A stretch of 64,000 bases of DNA, taken from positions 67,830,001 to 67,894,000 of the forward strand of contig NC_045696.1 in NCBI RefSeq assembly GCF_009834535.1. Direction: 5' to 3'. This DNA comes from Camelus ferus (Eukaryota). Shown here piece after piece: positions 39,336-53,877 of this stretch. The notes under the pieces are model-generated. The model had not been told where the DNA came from. It did no database searches and saw only the letters and a program-made list of their open reading frames with translations. Position 1 is the stretch's first letter. Each line of letters opens with the position of its first letter. Position numbers and translations under genes: made by a program.

Positions 39336-40084
39336 AAACATACTGTACAACACCACTTATCCCACACGATGCTAGGAGGCCAGGAGAGGTGGGGGAGGGG
39401 GAAAGTCAAAAGGGAGACATCCTTGGTCCAGCAATGAGTCACACACTGCTTCTACCCACAGAATCTGCAGCAAAGCTAAGACATGAGCATAAATCACTAT
39501 AATCCAAGGTAGGAAATGTTAAGTGCCACAAGAAATGCACAGTTAAGTTCCACCTCGCTGTTTATATATATATGTGGACGGGGTTGGAGTAGGGCAGCAA
39601 TGAGATGATTCCCAGGCAGAAAAACTTACAGAATTAAATGAATAGCCTTACTCTTGACAACTTTAGATATGTCAGTGGGGCTTGATTTCTTAAGGATAAG
39701 CCTATGGGCTATGTATTCTCCACGTCTGTTTCCTGGGTGGGTGGTTCAGTAGTACTGGTTCACAGTAAGGAGGCTGGAAGCTTCCTGAGGACAGGTGGTG
39801 TCTGTACTGTATCTTCATGCCTAAGGTGGTGTCTAGTACACAGTCATGCTCAAGAAATATGGAAATAGGGGTTGAATGAATTAAGTGTCTTAATTAATTA
39901 AAAAGAGAGCAAATGACGGACTACAATAACATAAAGCTGGGTGTATGCTGTTAAGAAGTACAGACCGTGCTGGAGTTCATGAACTCAAGTTCCCTGACTG
40001 CTAAAGCCTCTGTACCCGGGTGTAGCTTTGCAAACATGAGTGCCAAGGGACTTTTGCTAGACAGCAGGTGGGAGTTCTCTAACC

Positions 40085-40400
40085 GAGAGACCACACCGGT
40101 GACCCAACTGGTCAGTGATTTGAAGAATACCAAGAAGCAAAACATGAACTTTTGTTTTATTCCCCATTATGGCAGGAAGTACAGAGTGAACCACAAAAGC
40201 TGCATTATCTAGAACTTTCTTGAGAGCTAGAAAATAACTCATTTGCAGAAGTCGTTGATTTTGTACATGGGGACTGTTTGGTGAGATTGAGGAAGCGAAT
40301 GATGGTTGACTTCCTGAAGTGACTCATGGCTGTAACCCCCTTTGACAGTATTAATAGAACGGGGGGAAAATTTCCAGGAAACATCAATTACCACAACTAC
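40085..40400. promoter_or_regulatory. Candidate haematopoietic/inducible enhancer (ETS, RUNX, AP-1, STAT motif cluster)
   Basis: ACCACA at 40090, 40190 and 40390; CAGGAAGT 40173-40180; ACTTCCTG 40309-40316; TGACTCA 40320-40326; TTCCAGGAA 40372-40380. Confidence 0.45.
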
Positions 40401-41037
40401 CAAAATAGAAAAGACGGCTGGTGACTTAATCACTAAACTTTTGGGGAGACTACTCCCTTTCTTTATCAGAAAAAGATAACAATAAATCAAACTAACTAAC
40501 ACATTTTGAAACGAGTTAACAGCATCTTTTCACAGTTGGCAGGGTTATCTTTCAATCCTACACTTTTAATCCTACATGAAGATTTTGCTTTAGCAAAAAA
40601 TGACTCTGGGCTAATTACAGTTAAACCAAGTTTCTGAAGTCAAGATGAGACCTCCAAGAAATAGACATACACATTAAATAATTCATTTATCCATTCATTC
40701 CTTCCTTCAAACCTTAAGTTAATAGGTCTTTAATGGGCACCTGCCACTATGTTCCAGATTCATATTCCCTAAGAAACAAAGAACTAAATACAGGAGATAA
40801 TAACTATAATAAATGTCTTGAACTCTGCTCACTGTTGTGGCTAACTCTCTTCACATTGTTTGCAGGTTATATCGGCATTCAGGCAAAGAGATTAGCCTCA
40901 GAAAGTGCTGAGAACCTCAGGTCAATCCAATAGGTTTAAAAACCTAAGGGATTCTAGCCCTACTCTAAAGGCATAACCCATCTGCCTTCAGAGCTTCATT
41001 ACTTCACAGCCTCGCAGCGTCATCCCCACGCGTACAC

Positions 41038-41260
41038 ACTCTGGAACCAGAATGCCCGGGTTCAGCCTAGTTCTACAACGTAATAACTATGTGACTTACA
41101 GCAAGTTATTTCACGCCTCTGTGCTTCAGTTTCCATATCCAACAAATGGAAATGAATAACAGCACTATCTCATATGGGGATGAAATGAGCAATATATGTG
41201 TAATTAGGAGATGCTTAAAACAGTATCTGGACTATAACACTTCAGAAATTTTACTATTAT
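41038..41260 (+). mobile_element. MIR SINE
   Basis: actctggaaccagaatgcccgggttcag...ctatgtgacttacagcaagttatttcacgcctctgtgcttcagtttcc...aaatggaaatgaataacagcact. Confidence 0.85.
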
Positions 41261-44200
41261 TCTCATTATTACTTTTACCCCACTTTGCAAGAGGGGGGCT
41301 TTTCTTCACAGGAACAGACTCAGCTGCACAGCTATAACCCTGGTCTTCCGTGCCAACTGGCCTCTGTCTGTTCACTCACTTAAGACCCATCACTGTGCCC
41401 TGCCGTCCTGACTACAATGAACCACATGCTCCAGCCCCAAAGGACATTATATCCAAGCAGTCTAGTTGGACCACTTTTCCCTCGTTGTGTTTGCTTTGCC
41501 TCCATTGCCTATTTAAATTCAGTACGTGTGGCTAAGGAAACAACCTGTCCATCCCATCCTCACCCACCTCAAACACATAAAAATGGTCTAAACTAGCCAG
41601 TTCCAAACATCCTTTCTGGCCCCTAAGTACTTCACTGCAGCTGTTGCACTTACTGCAGGATGGAATTTAATTAAAGGGATATTTTAGCAAGTACTAGTAA
41701 CAAGCTAGTCATAAATATGTTCCCAATTTCTTCAACATGGTGTCTCCTCAAAACGCTGGAGCCACAAAGACCATCACTATGTTCTCTAACAGAGAACGCT
41801 GGAAGTAACACATATGACAGTGGCAATACCTGGATGAATTCTGCTACTTCAAGTACCTACTTCAAGGACTGTAATGCCGTTGCTAAATACGGTAGAGGAA
41901 ATTCTTATTCTATAACATTAAGTGAAAAAAAAAAGATGCAAAATTGTGTCTCTCCTGATTACGCACTATTAAAAACTAGAGACCCATACTGCTGAAGCCT
42001 AAATCGGTACATAGAGAATAGGGCTGATGTGTTAGGGAGGCAGGATTGTGGGTATATCTTTTAATGAATTTATTTTTCTCGTTCTTAGGAAAAACGTGTG
42101 CACATTTTTAAACATACATGAAAAATCTCTAAATTTACCTAACGTCCATGAAGAAAAGAATATCTTAAGAAGGATTTATATGATTGAAATGCATTAGAAA
42201 ACTTCAAGTGCATAACAAATTATCCTAATAGCAGGAACTTTCCCTTCTGAAGGATACACAAGTACTCCCAAAACTAAATCCAGGCATTACTTGGCATGTC
42301 ACTCAAATGCAGGCACTTTGGAACGGAAGCTCTCATCTCCTCCCAGATCCATCTAGGCCTGAAGCCCACGGAAGAAGCAGCGTGCCTAAGTTGCGTTCAT
42401 CAGCAGCCTCAAGTGCTATTTAGGAAGGGTGCTCACATCAAAGAGCATCATCTTAATTTCTAATTATTACTGTGTGAGTGGCTGTGTCAATGGCTGGATG
42501 AGGTGTGGTCCCTAATTCCAAGGGGTTTACACCCTTAATGCACACAGTGGTTTTAGGCTCCAGGCTGAAAGGCTGCAGCATCTTCACCCGCCCTCTTTCT
42601 GATCACCCCTTCCACACCTAGGAGACCAGAACCCCCTGCAGGCTGAGGTGCCTCGTCTCATACTCCCATCACAGTCACAGGTCTCTATTCCAACGGACCA
42701 CCCCACTCCACCCCATTTCTGCCTGTTTACCACCTACCATCCCACTCCCCATCGCTCACCCCGTAGCCAGTCTAGACCTATTCAACCTTCAAAACCCACC
42801 TACTTTTGTCTATCCAGGCCTAGAAATATACACTCTTTCTCAAAATTCCTATTGAACTTAAAGTCTGGATTATTTTCTAATTGGCTCATCTTTTTTTTTT
42901 TTTTTAAATCTCACCACAAGCACTTTAGAGCCTTTCAGATCTAAATCCCAGGGCTTAAGTTTCTGCTGCTATTTTTCCCCAATGCAATTAAAGGTACTGG
43001 ACAGATATTAGGTCCTGAGTAAATAAGTGCTTAAAAGAGCATTAATTATACATAAAAGATATCAAACATAAACAGGAGTTATTGTGAAATGCACACATAC
43101 TTCTCAAGTAATACCAGCACCGTACATTGCTGTGACCAGAACAAAGGATCTGGAGAGAGTTAACTCTGTGAGGTACTGTCAGACACAGGAGACAGGCAGC
43201 CAAAGATCTGCTCCTGTATACCGATCTCCAAAATGCTAGTAACTCCATTTCTCTCAGCCTCAGTTTCCCCATCCAAAATTAAAAGTATTCAAACAGATCA
43301 ACTGAATTGTATGTCACCAGTGACCTTCCACGATCTGCCCAATCTCCCTTGGCTCAGGTGTCAGGAGTCCTGTTATTCTGGTCTTGGTCCCACAACTTCG
43401 TTGGTGAGTGATATGAGATGACATCACCTCTGGATACTTCAACTTAGTCACCTACGAAACAAGAAGAGTCTCCCCCACCCTTTGCCTATCAGGGAAGAGT
43501 TCTGAGGATCACATACAATAATGGCTGTGAATGTATGCTTGGAATGTAAAATCCCACATAATATTAAGGAATTTTATTTAGTCCTGTAATTGTTAATATT
43601 CAGTTTGGGCCAGAGGAAGCCTGGGGAGTAAAATCTGTAGGATTGTTAATCTAGAAGAGGCCTATGGAGAGAAAGCTGATCGGTAAATGAACTTCAAGAG
43701 ACCAATACGCCTTTCTGTCTCATTGCACCAATAAGAAAACTTCAGAGAATCGGATGGTTGAGTAAGATGTGTGAGTGTCTGGAGCTTCCTCAAGGAAAGG
43801 CACAAAATGGAAGCAAAATTAGAAGCATGAAGTCCTCAGATTCATCCTGGCCTTTGCACTTAATTCCCTTAACTGACTTAACCAAACCTCTCATTCAGAA
43901 AGTGACATCACTGAGAACATTATTTCCAATATTCCCAATAGTGCAGGGTATTTCCATGGTTTATAAACCACTAAAAAAAAAGATCAGCTCAAACTAAATA
44001 AGGTCCTGCCTGAAAAAGAAGAAGAAGAAGGAAAAAAAAAAAAAAGACAGAAAAAGAAAAATATTCAAGCATTATTTGTTCAGAAAAAAAAAAATCATAG
44101 GTTGCAACTCCTTATTTACTTTCCCCACTCCTGGGGGAAAACGTTGTAATAACACCTTGTATTTATATGAGCATGTGTCTCTTAGCAGCACTCCTTAGTG

Positions 44201-46264
44201 CTGTGCAGGTATTATGTAATCAAACTTCGCCTTATCACTAGGCAGTGGGCAACGGGTCATTATTAAGGGGACATATTAGTTGGGGAGAAAATTTCAGGGT
44301 GAGGTTGGGGGTAGGAATCAACCCACTGTACTGGGTTCACCGTACTGAACTCATACCAGTGAGTTCAGAGAGGTCACACAATGTAACTCAGAGGAGACAA
44401 CTGAGATGCCATTCTTCCACTACTTACAATGTTTAGTCTACCTGAATGTCCTACTCTCATCAATTTCTCCATGTATGAACCTTTTTTTCTCCCCCAAAAG
44501 CTTTCTTCTCCTAGACTACTGTAGCCTTCAGCCCTTAACCTTCCAAATCCGATTAAATTAGCCTTTCTTCTGAGTTTCTATATTTTAATTCTGCCCTAAC
44601 TGTGGTGTGTAAGAAATTGTGTCTTTTTTGGAACTTAGCTGTGTACCTGTCTTTACGCATACGCCATTCTAGGAAGGCCAGACTTTGAAATGAGAAACCA
44701 GGACACAGTCTGTTGTGGACATTGCTTCCGAACACAGAATCTGAAAGTCTATCAATGTTCTTTTTCTCCAACTGAATCTTGGAAATAAAGTGATTAGACT
44801 GGATGATTTCTGGGGCCCCTTCTGTAAATTCCAAGATGTTACAGTCAGAAGGAATTTATGACATTATCTAAAGCAGTCCCATCACTAAACAAGGGGCTCT
44901 GAGTGAGAACAGAGTATGTCCAAGTGGACCCTACTCTCCTGAGCCCAGTTCAGGGCTTCCTGGACACACTATGGCACCTTTTCTAAACTGCTGACAAGAC
45001 AAGAGGAAATGCCTCATGTTTATTTCCCTATATTTCAAGCCAGGATCTTAGGATGCATCTATCTGACACATAACAAGAAAACATGTAGTTTAAATAACCA
45101 TTACTCTGAACATCACAATGCTGGCCAAGGGCTCTTCACCAGGGCTGGACTTGCTGCTTGGCATCATTCTAACACAATTAAAATGGAAGGCAAACGCTGA
45201 CCCTAGACTAGTGTTTTTCAAGCTGGAGAAAGCAACTCATTAATGAATTATAAAGTCAGTTTACTGGATCGCCAAAAGTATTTTTTAAAAGTGAAATAGA
45301 ATAGAAAAATGTTAAGCAAAATTTTCTGTTGTATCTTTGTGTAATTATCAATGTAAAATGTATTTCTTACTGCCATTTGTGTCAAAAAAAAGTTTGGAAG
45401 CCACTACTTGGGCCAAAGTCTGTAGTGATAAATATCAACATCGACAGAGCTGACTGCTATACAGTTAACGAGCAGGGTGGGCAAAAGCAGGTCTTATAAA
45501 ATGATTATAGACTTTCCATCCTTGTTCCTTGCACAGGAATTCTCAACTGGAAGCACCGGGCACGATGAAGTGACACCACCTCCCACCCCCAGCATGCACT
45601 CGGGCTTTGGACTACCAAGTTCCTGTTTTAGGAGAAAAAGATTCTTTGGTCCCTACCCACCCTTTGCCCCTTTCTCCCTCTTTCTAAGTTTAAAAAAAAA
45701 AAAAAAAATTACCACAAGAGAGAGGAAGGAAGGCAAAGAAAAGAGGTTTCAGTTTTAGAGAATTTTTTTTTTGTTTGACTCTTATTTATTTCCTACTTTT
45801 CTTTTTTTTTTTTTTAAAGAGACTCAAGCCAGCCTATGGGAGGCATCACATAGGAGTCATGTTCCTGAGCACTCTCAGCAGACTTTCAGACTATTTTTTT
45901 CCTACTTCCCTGGCTGGATGGCCGGGTTTGAGTAATTTTCTCTTTCTCCCGGGGTTGGTTGCTAAGAGACACTCTATCACTTCTCTTTCTCCTATGACCC
46001 GATTACTGTGATCAGCAAAGATGGCATGCAGACAACATCCTGACAGGGCTCATGCAAGATGGTTGGCCTGGCTACAAAACGATGGATTCTCATTAACCCC
46101 CTCACAACCACTGGACCAAGATTTCCAGGGTCATTTTTTACGAGGGTCTAAGGATTTCCCCATCTTCATTTAAACAGTGGTCATGATGGATCAACTGTAC
46201 TCATTATTACAGAAGCCAATATTCATATTGAAATACCTTCCAATAAAGGCTCCATGGCACCTCC

Positions 46265-46269
<5 letters not shown>

Positions 46270-46300
<31 letters not shown>
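46270..46300. repeat. (TA)15 microsatellite
   Basis: Perfect AT dinucleotide run. Confidence 0.95.
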
Positions 46301-46308
<8 letters not shown>

Positions 46309-47249
46309 AACACATGTTAATATATATAAATATGAATTTTTGTTTCATAGGTAAACAAATAGACCAAAAATGTTCTGGGTTCATCACCAGCCTGGATAAA
46401 GGCAAAGTTGCAAGGAAACTCTTAAATAGCTTCTTGGCCAGAGTCCCCCAGTCTACCTTTCTTTTCTCCAACACACAGCCAAAGTAAAGTGCACAGCTTG
46501 TTTATCTTATTCTACACAGCTCTTGGGACACCTTAAATGTCCCAGGTGCTCAATGTATGTTTGCTGAATGAATAAACAAATGAGTGTTCAGATAAAAACT
46601 CTTCTCATCTCTGGAGGCTCTATCCACTCCCCCAACCCACACATTTCAGTAAAAGGAAAAAGAAATGGTTACAGGTTCCTCTCTAAAGATTTTGATGCCC
46701 TCAAAACAGACTAGGATTTTTTAAAAAATAAATAGTTTAAAGAAGTAACAAAGATTCTGAATCTTCATCCAATGTACCTTCCCTAGTTAATGTTTCCTTC
46801 GTACTACCTCAAAGAATCAGGCAGACAGCCAGACACTCATCCGTCCTCTTCTCCCCACCATGAGGTTAACTTGGAAGAACTTTTTCTTTAACATGCTCTT
46901 ACCAGAAGACCAAGTTCATATATCATCTGTAGTATATGCCCCCCAGATTCCTCCCCTAATTGATATCCAAACATATATCATTAGAACTTCATGCCTTCAA
47001 TTTAAGGCTCTGATTTCTATTAAAAATAGAAGTTCTTCTGGCAAAGTTCCACTTTGGCACACTCTCAAAGATGCAGACCTCTGTCTTCTGGATAGCTAGC
47101 TAGCTAGCCATGAATATATAGATATAGGTAGATTAGCTATATATAGATATAGATATATATCTGTATATCTGTATCTCAGTGTGAGCACATTTAACATATA
47201 CTTCTTGTACAGGTTTTGGGAGTCAGCAAACAAAATATAATAGATCATG

Positions 47250-47460
47250 AAATTCAGATCTAGAGATGGCTGGATTCAAACCAAAGATTCATTATTTATT
47301 AGCCATGTGACATCAGGCAATTTATTGATTCTCTCTCTGAGCCTCAATTTCATTATTTGAACATTTGAAATAATAGTACCACTTTTACCACATTTCAAAT
47401 AATGATGTAAAGATGATATATCAGATGCCTGGCATACAGTAGATACAAATAAAATATTAG
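47250..47460 (+). mobile_element. MIR SINE
   Basis: ctggattcaaacc...attagccatgtgacatcaggcaa...ctctctgagcctcaatttcatta...taatagtacc...tgcctggcatacagtag. Confidence 0.8.
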
Positions 47461-50400
47461 CTTCCTCGTGAACTGTATGTAGTTAAGAACATGAATTTAT
47501 ATTTTTCTCTGGTGTCAGAAAAAAAGAATGTTTGAGGGTATTAACCTAGAATGGAAGAGCTGAGAGGACATGGGGGCAGCAGAGGAACATGCTGAGAGCA
47601 CACAGAATGGAGAGCCTGTGGTCCATTTCACAGCCTTACCACAATCATGATATTCTACAGGAACAATTGTACTCCATGCCTTTCAGGAGTAACCAATTTT
47701 ATGCAATTTTTGTGGCTGAATCATACTTTCATATGGATCAGGAAGGAAGTGAAGAGATAATATTGTTCCATCTCATTGTCTTACGATTGGGGAAACCAAT
47801 ACTGAGTGTTGGTGATGTACGTAGGCCATAGGTGTGCCACAAAGAAGTGTCCTTTCCATTGGGCCACATGTCCTTCCGGTTAGCTCCTGTCATGCACAGT
47901 GGCTGCCTTCTGGACCAGCCACCAATTCCTTTCTGGTAGAGCTAATGGTAAAATTTCCTCTATTCTAGCAGGTTATTTGTTCTCTCCTGTCAGTGGAGTA
48001 TGTACACACAATTCTGAGGTTGTATTCAAAACAAAGTCTAACTTTGTGATAGATCCAAGCTATTAACTAAGATTTGGGTTCTTCATACTCTAGGGAAGAA
48101 ATAACAGATATTACTAGGGGTGAGTTTATTTCTGAAAACAGGATGCTTAAAGGACACTTCAACAATGGTGCCCAGATTCTCACTAAGAGCCTTTTGCCCT
48201 GGGATTCCCTGTATGACCCTAGCTTTGTGCTTCCTCAACTTCCAGCAAATGCCCAACTAACTGATCTCTTACCAACAAGTGTCCTGGCAGCTATTTCAGA
48301 GAAGGAAGATTCCTTGGTGGTCCCCAAAATGGGCACAGGTCCTAAGATGCCTCCTTCCTCAGTCTTGGACTGAGACTGTTCTCTAGGATAAGAGGCAGCA
48401 ATGCCCCGTAACAAATTCAGTCTAGAACTGACAATATCTCCATACAGGTTGTTTTTCATCTGGGCTGTATCCCATACAGAGCAAACGGCGTGAGATACAC
48501 TTCTGAGGAATGCTATAGATTCACTACTTGGAAAAGGTGATGTCTCAAAATACTCTATCTTTAAAGGGAACTATGGCTGAAGCTCTCTGAAACAGTAACA
48601 TTATTGGGCATCCAGGAAGCCTGAGGAGAAAAAACTTAGATGAATTGAAAGAGAAATATCAGAACAAATAAAATCTATATAACCCCCCCAATATCTAAAT
48701 CGAGGTGGAGGAGTGGGGTGGAGGGCTCAGTGCCATCAGTGATGGTATGAAACTGTTTTCAACTTTATTGAACTTGGCCTTGTCTATCTGGCTTTGAGTT
48801 TGAAGCCCATGACTATGCCTCTGCCTTCTTAGGTTGCCACAGGGAGATCTTAGAAGTTTGCAGAGATGATGTCTCCTGTACTACCTCTCTCCACGTATCT
48901 ACAGGTGTTGAATCACCTGCCCCTATTACTCTGTGTGTTCTTTACATTCTCAACAAATGCATGAGATTATAAATCACAACAGTAAGTATAACTGTGGAAT
49001 GACTGCTGCCACTTCATCATCTTCCACTTAAAGGCTGAGTTTTAAGAGTTTTTGATGCTCACTTTTCCAGTTAACCCATGCGTTAAGAATGCTACAACCA
49101 GGCAGGGATAGCACGTAACTGGGAGACCCAAATAACAAATCCCGGGCATAGACAGAGGGAAAGCAGCCGACTGCCCTTTCTCAAGAAAAGCGCAATAAAC
49201 AGAAGAAAAATTAAATAACTGTAAAACAACTTAAACCCATGAAGAAGCTAAACCAAGGACAGCTACCGCAAAAAAAAAAAAAAATCACATGGGTAACTCT
49301 GACAATCTCCTTAATAGTCTCACTTTTGCCTTCACTATGACTCATTCTGAACTCTTAACTTTTCCAGTTTGTTTCCTCAAAATTTAGACTTGCTTGGGTT
49401 CCGAGAACTTCCACTTACTTATTTAACTATAAATCCTATTTGCCCATCACAAAGTAGCTTGTAATTGAGCTACTTAACCTAATCACAGGAAAGGTCTAAA
49501 TTCTTTTGTTGGCCTTACTACTCCTCCAAGCTTTGTATTCTTTTCCACTTAAAGTGAAGGAAAAAGAGTATTTTCAAAAATATAATGAGTTTTTTTTTAA
49601 GTCAACCACAATAATACCACATAAAATAGTCCTATAAGTAAGCCTGAAAAACTGTGCTGAAATTGTAAAGGCAATTCTTGGTACTTGCACCTTTGATAAG
49701 GAAAAGGAATTCCTCAGAGAATTTTGCCATTTTCTATCTGCATCCAATAGTATTAAATTCAGTTCTGGGTCCTGATAAATGAGGCTTTCTAAGATACGCT
49801 GAATAAAATAATTAAAAGCTTGAGGAACCACGCAATGGAACGGTTCAGCTTGAAGGAGGGGAGGAAGATGCAGTGAGGGACATACACAAAGATGGAGTGA
49901 GGAACACATTGCTATCTTGTAAGGCTTGAAGGGCTTATATAGGGAAAAGGACTTTTCTTTGCAATCTGCAAGGGTACAAGGACCAAAGGTAGATTTGTGG
50001 AGCAGCAGGGTTCACCTGAATATGGGAAAATATCTTTTAATCCAAAAGAAACATGAGTGTCTCTATAAATAAAATACACCCACTCCCTCCACCACATGCT
50101 GAAGCCAAGGCAAACTTGAGATTGCTTAAACAGACAGATCTGCATCAGGGGAATTGCTGCTGAGTCTTATGTCCTTCCAGAGAGGCTGGGCGTTATTGTT
50201 TTGTTTTGTTGCTGCTGTGTGGATATAGAGGTTTCTTATCTCTCATTAAATGTATGCCTAGGTGTTTCAAGCTTTATTCTCTCTGCAAAAGGGAACTCGT
50301 ACCACCATATTTTCTAAATAATTGTTATATTTAAAGCTATCTGTTGTTGTATATTTAATTTGAACTGAGCCACCTTAATAAACTACATACTTATTATTTA

Positions 50401-53400
50401 TTCATTAAATATTCATTGAATGATTCCTCTGCAGCTCAGCCGGGTTAGACATTGTGCATTTAATGGTGACCATCAGAGAGTTCCTGCTCTTAAGGCCAAA
50501 GCTGCTAGTTGGCAAGATGACTCTGATGACGTCTCATTAGAATAAGCACCTGTTTTATTTGTTTCTGTTTGCTCTTCACCATTCCTTTCCCAGAGATTTG
50601 TAACTCAAAAGTGAGTGAAGGGAGAGGTCCTACTTAATGAGGACTGGATGACAACTAGGGAGAAATGATCAGACTGTTACAGATCCCCCACCTCCCCCGC
50701 CCGAGGGCAAGCTTTCATAACTTTAAGTACTAACAAAACTCCATGGCTAGAGATTATAAATTTATAAGACTAAGATATATGCCCACATTTTATGAAAGTA
50801 AATTTCAAGTCAAAATAAAGACAAACTTGCCTAAAACATCAGAGCTGCCCAAAGACAGAAAGGGCAGTTTCAGTTTCCTGCTCTAGAAATATTCAAGAAA
50901 AGCCAGAGAAACACCTTGTCGGAGGTGACAGGAAGATCTGCGTTCTGAGTTGCTAGGAGTTTTTGCTCCTTTTCTTCTCTTACTTATTTTTTTTTAAACC
51001 AGAAACCCCCCTAGTCACAATCTCATCTCTTCCAAAGCTGCACTTAGGTAAATGAGATGTTTGCAAAATTCACTGGGATTTAGGGAAGACTGGCCGGAGG
51101 GAGAGCTCAGCAAAATTAGTATATCAAGAGTAAAGCTGTGGCTCTGAGTACGAAACACAATTCTACCAAATGCATAAAAGCAAATGTAAAATTAGCTCAA
51201 GGCCCCCACTGAATGTCGATGATTTCCAAGCACCATAATATGCTAACACTGTAACACTAGAAAACAGGCTATTTTTAGTACTTGAAGTTGTTTTTGAAAA
51301 TCACCATGCCCTTGAACCTTTTTTTTTCTTCATACTACATCTTTTCCATCCCTCCACCATTACTAATGATTATTGACCAAGATACCCGACAGCCAAAGGG
51401 AACAGTGGTAATAAAGTTGGCAGAACCTGGGAAGGGAAAAGTTCACCTCTCGCCTCCAGTGGCTCAGAGGAAGAGAAAGGTAAATGGGGAATAGAAAGGT
51501 AAGTGCATTGGTCAAGGCCAGAGTGAAAGCTGGCACTGGCCCCAAGAGAAAAATGCAGAAGTTCTGATTCTCAGCCCTTATTGCAAACCACCAGCCATTC
51601 TCACTTCCCCTGCCAACAGAGCTGACTTTTGCCAGGGAGGGAAGAACTAGTTTCACAAACAATTATCACAATAAGAAAGAAGGGTGGGGTAGGAAAGGAT
51701 CATAACCACGGAGAGATTGCTTTTTGACTATGAGAACCCTGTCAGGCTTTCAAAAGAAATGGATTTGTTCCTTCAACATTTTACTAGACCAGTTTATAAC
51801 AAAATCAAGTCCGTAATTGTGGCTTGCGTTGATGGAGTTGAACCTTCTGTACAGGAGCACAGAAAGCTCCAGGGGATGAAGAGAGGCATGCTTGACCTGA
51901 ACAGTCAACTTCCAAAATGTAAAAGCTGCCATAAGAACACCACAAATGAGCCAGGGCGGGAAGGCAACAGGGGATTTTCTACAGTCATTAATTGCGATAT
52001 TACCACTATTATCATTATATAACACAGTAGCATACAGGGAGTATCAAATGGCGTCCTTTCCAAAGAGACTCTGGCCAACTGGGTTAGGCAATAGCCTCCT
52101 TGAATCAAAACCTATTGCTCCTTGAGGCGTGCAGAGCTGCCTTGATTAAACGCAGCAGCAGGCTCCAGTGGAAGGGACGAGTCTTCTTTTTATGAAGGGA
52201 GGTAGACTAGAGTAATTGCCAGATGTTTGCAATTTTAGCTATAAAAAGATGGCTGCTTTCCATTCCTGAGTATGTTAAATCTTTTTTTTTTTCTTTCGAC
52301 CCAAGCTATTGTGGTTCACTAAAATAGGCCACTGCACTGATGAATCATCATTCAAAACTGCAATAATGGAAGCAGAACAAATATGACATTTTAAATTCAC
52401 ATATAAGAGAAATAAGTAAAAATGCAGGGGCAATAGTTATGTACTAGGCACCAGAAAGTATACTGCACTAAAAAGAACTCAAGAATCCCCTCTTGACTCT
52501 TTTCTACCTGTAGGATTGGGGACAAGCAGTCTCATCACAGAACCTCCAACTCCTCAACTATCAAATGGGTATGAATACCTCCGCGTGGCCTCCCTCTCAG
52601 AGGACAGAACCCACGCCCTATCCATCTCCATGCCTCAGCTTACATATGTACCGCCTGGAGGAGGTGTGCAAATAGATATGAACATGTTTCAAAACCATAC
52701 ACCATGATAGAATTGTGCGTACATACTGTACATTGTATTGTACATTCACTGTATTTTCTAGTATAATTATTAGAACCCCCTCTGCCATCACCACCAAACA
52801 CTAATTTCTCTTTAGAGAGAATGTCGCCTACATTTGGCAAGAGGAAGATGAAAACCTGGCTTTTATTTAAGCAGTATTAATATAACTGGCTTGGGAGACT
52901 GGTGACCTCTTAGGCAAGGGATGTTATCTTTCTTAATGAGTGAGTTAAGCACCTCTTTGAGGGTTTGATGACATACGGACCCTTTCTCTGAAATAGACAT
53001 ACACATGGACCAAGTTTAAACGCAATTTCAGGAGACTGGCTAAATTCCAAGTATGAATCCCAGAGATGAATAGAACCCAAGATAAAATTCCTAAGCAAAT
53101 TAATTAATTATTTTTTTCTGTGAAGATATAATTAATAACATCTCTAAAATCTCTCTGCCTCATTTGATAATTTGGAAAACAAAAGATTTTAAAAATTAAT
53201 AAAAATCACTGGTTTACTTACACAACTTGCTTTATATAAAGTTCACTTACATTATTATCTGTAATACTAGTTCAATAGTAAAAGTGCTCCTTCTTAAAAA
53301 GATACCATAAATATGACTATTATTTTTCTTCCATATTGACACAATCCAAGTAAAGTCTCTCTCTGAGAAAGATGTTTTGCAAACACAAAAAAGGACATAT

Positions 53401-53761
53401 CATCCACATCATAATTCCAGCAGGAATAAGACAAGCCGGTCCTAAAATGTCAACTAGCGAAACGTTACCATAGAACAAAAAAGGGTAAAACCAGGGTTAT
53501 TTTCAGAAGTGCCCAGAAAGAGTTATATTTGGATAATTAAGATTAAAAATTTATCTATTAAAAAACTATGGGTTATTACCCTCAGGGTTAATGTTCACAC
53601 TTTGATTTTAATTAACAATACAGTAACATTAATGGTGGCAGCTTCTACTGACTTAACCATTATTTTGTGCCACATACTATACCAATTTATTCACTTAACT
53701 TTGAAAACAACTCTTTGAGATACACGTATCTCTATTTTAGATGTTAGAACATATTGAGAGA

Positions 53762-53877
53762 GGGGAGGGTATAGCTCAGGTGGTAGAGCACGTGCTTAGC
53801 ATGCACAAGGTCCTCAGTGCAATCCTCAGTATCTCCATTTAAAAAACAAAAATGAACAAAAAAAAACCAAAACAACA
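53762..53877 (+). mobile_element. tRNA-Ala-derived camelid SINE (vic-1 type), inserted in a MIR
   Basis: ggggagggtatagctcaggtggtagagcacgtgcttagcatgcacaaggtcctcagtgcaatcctcagtatctcca parallels tRNA-Ala(AGC). A-rich tail. TSD aacatattgagaga (53748-53761) / accacattgagaga (53878-53891). Confidence 0.9.

Noticed and set aside
53762..53837. Functional tRNA-Ala gene
   Set aside because: Degenerate T-arm/B box, A tail and TSD show it is a SINE copy.
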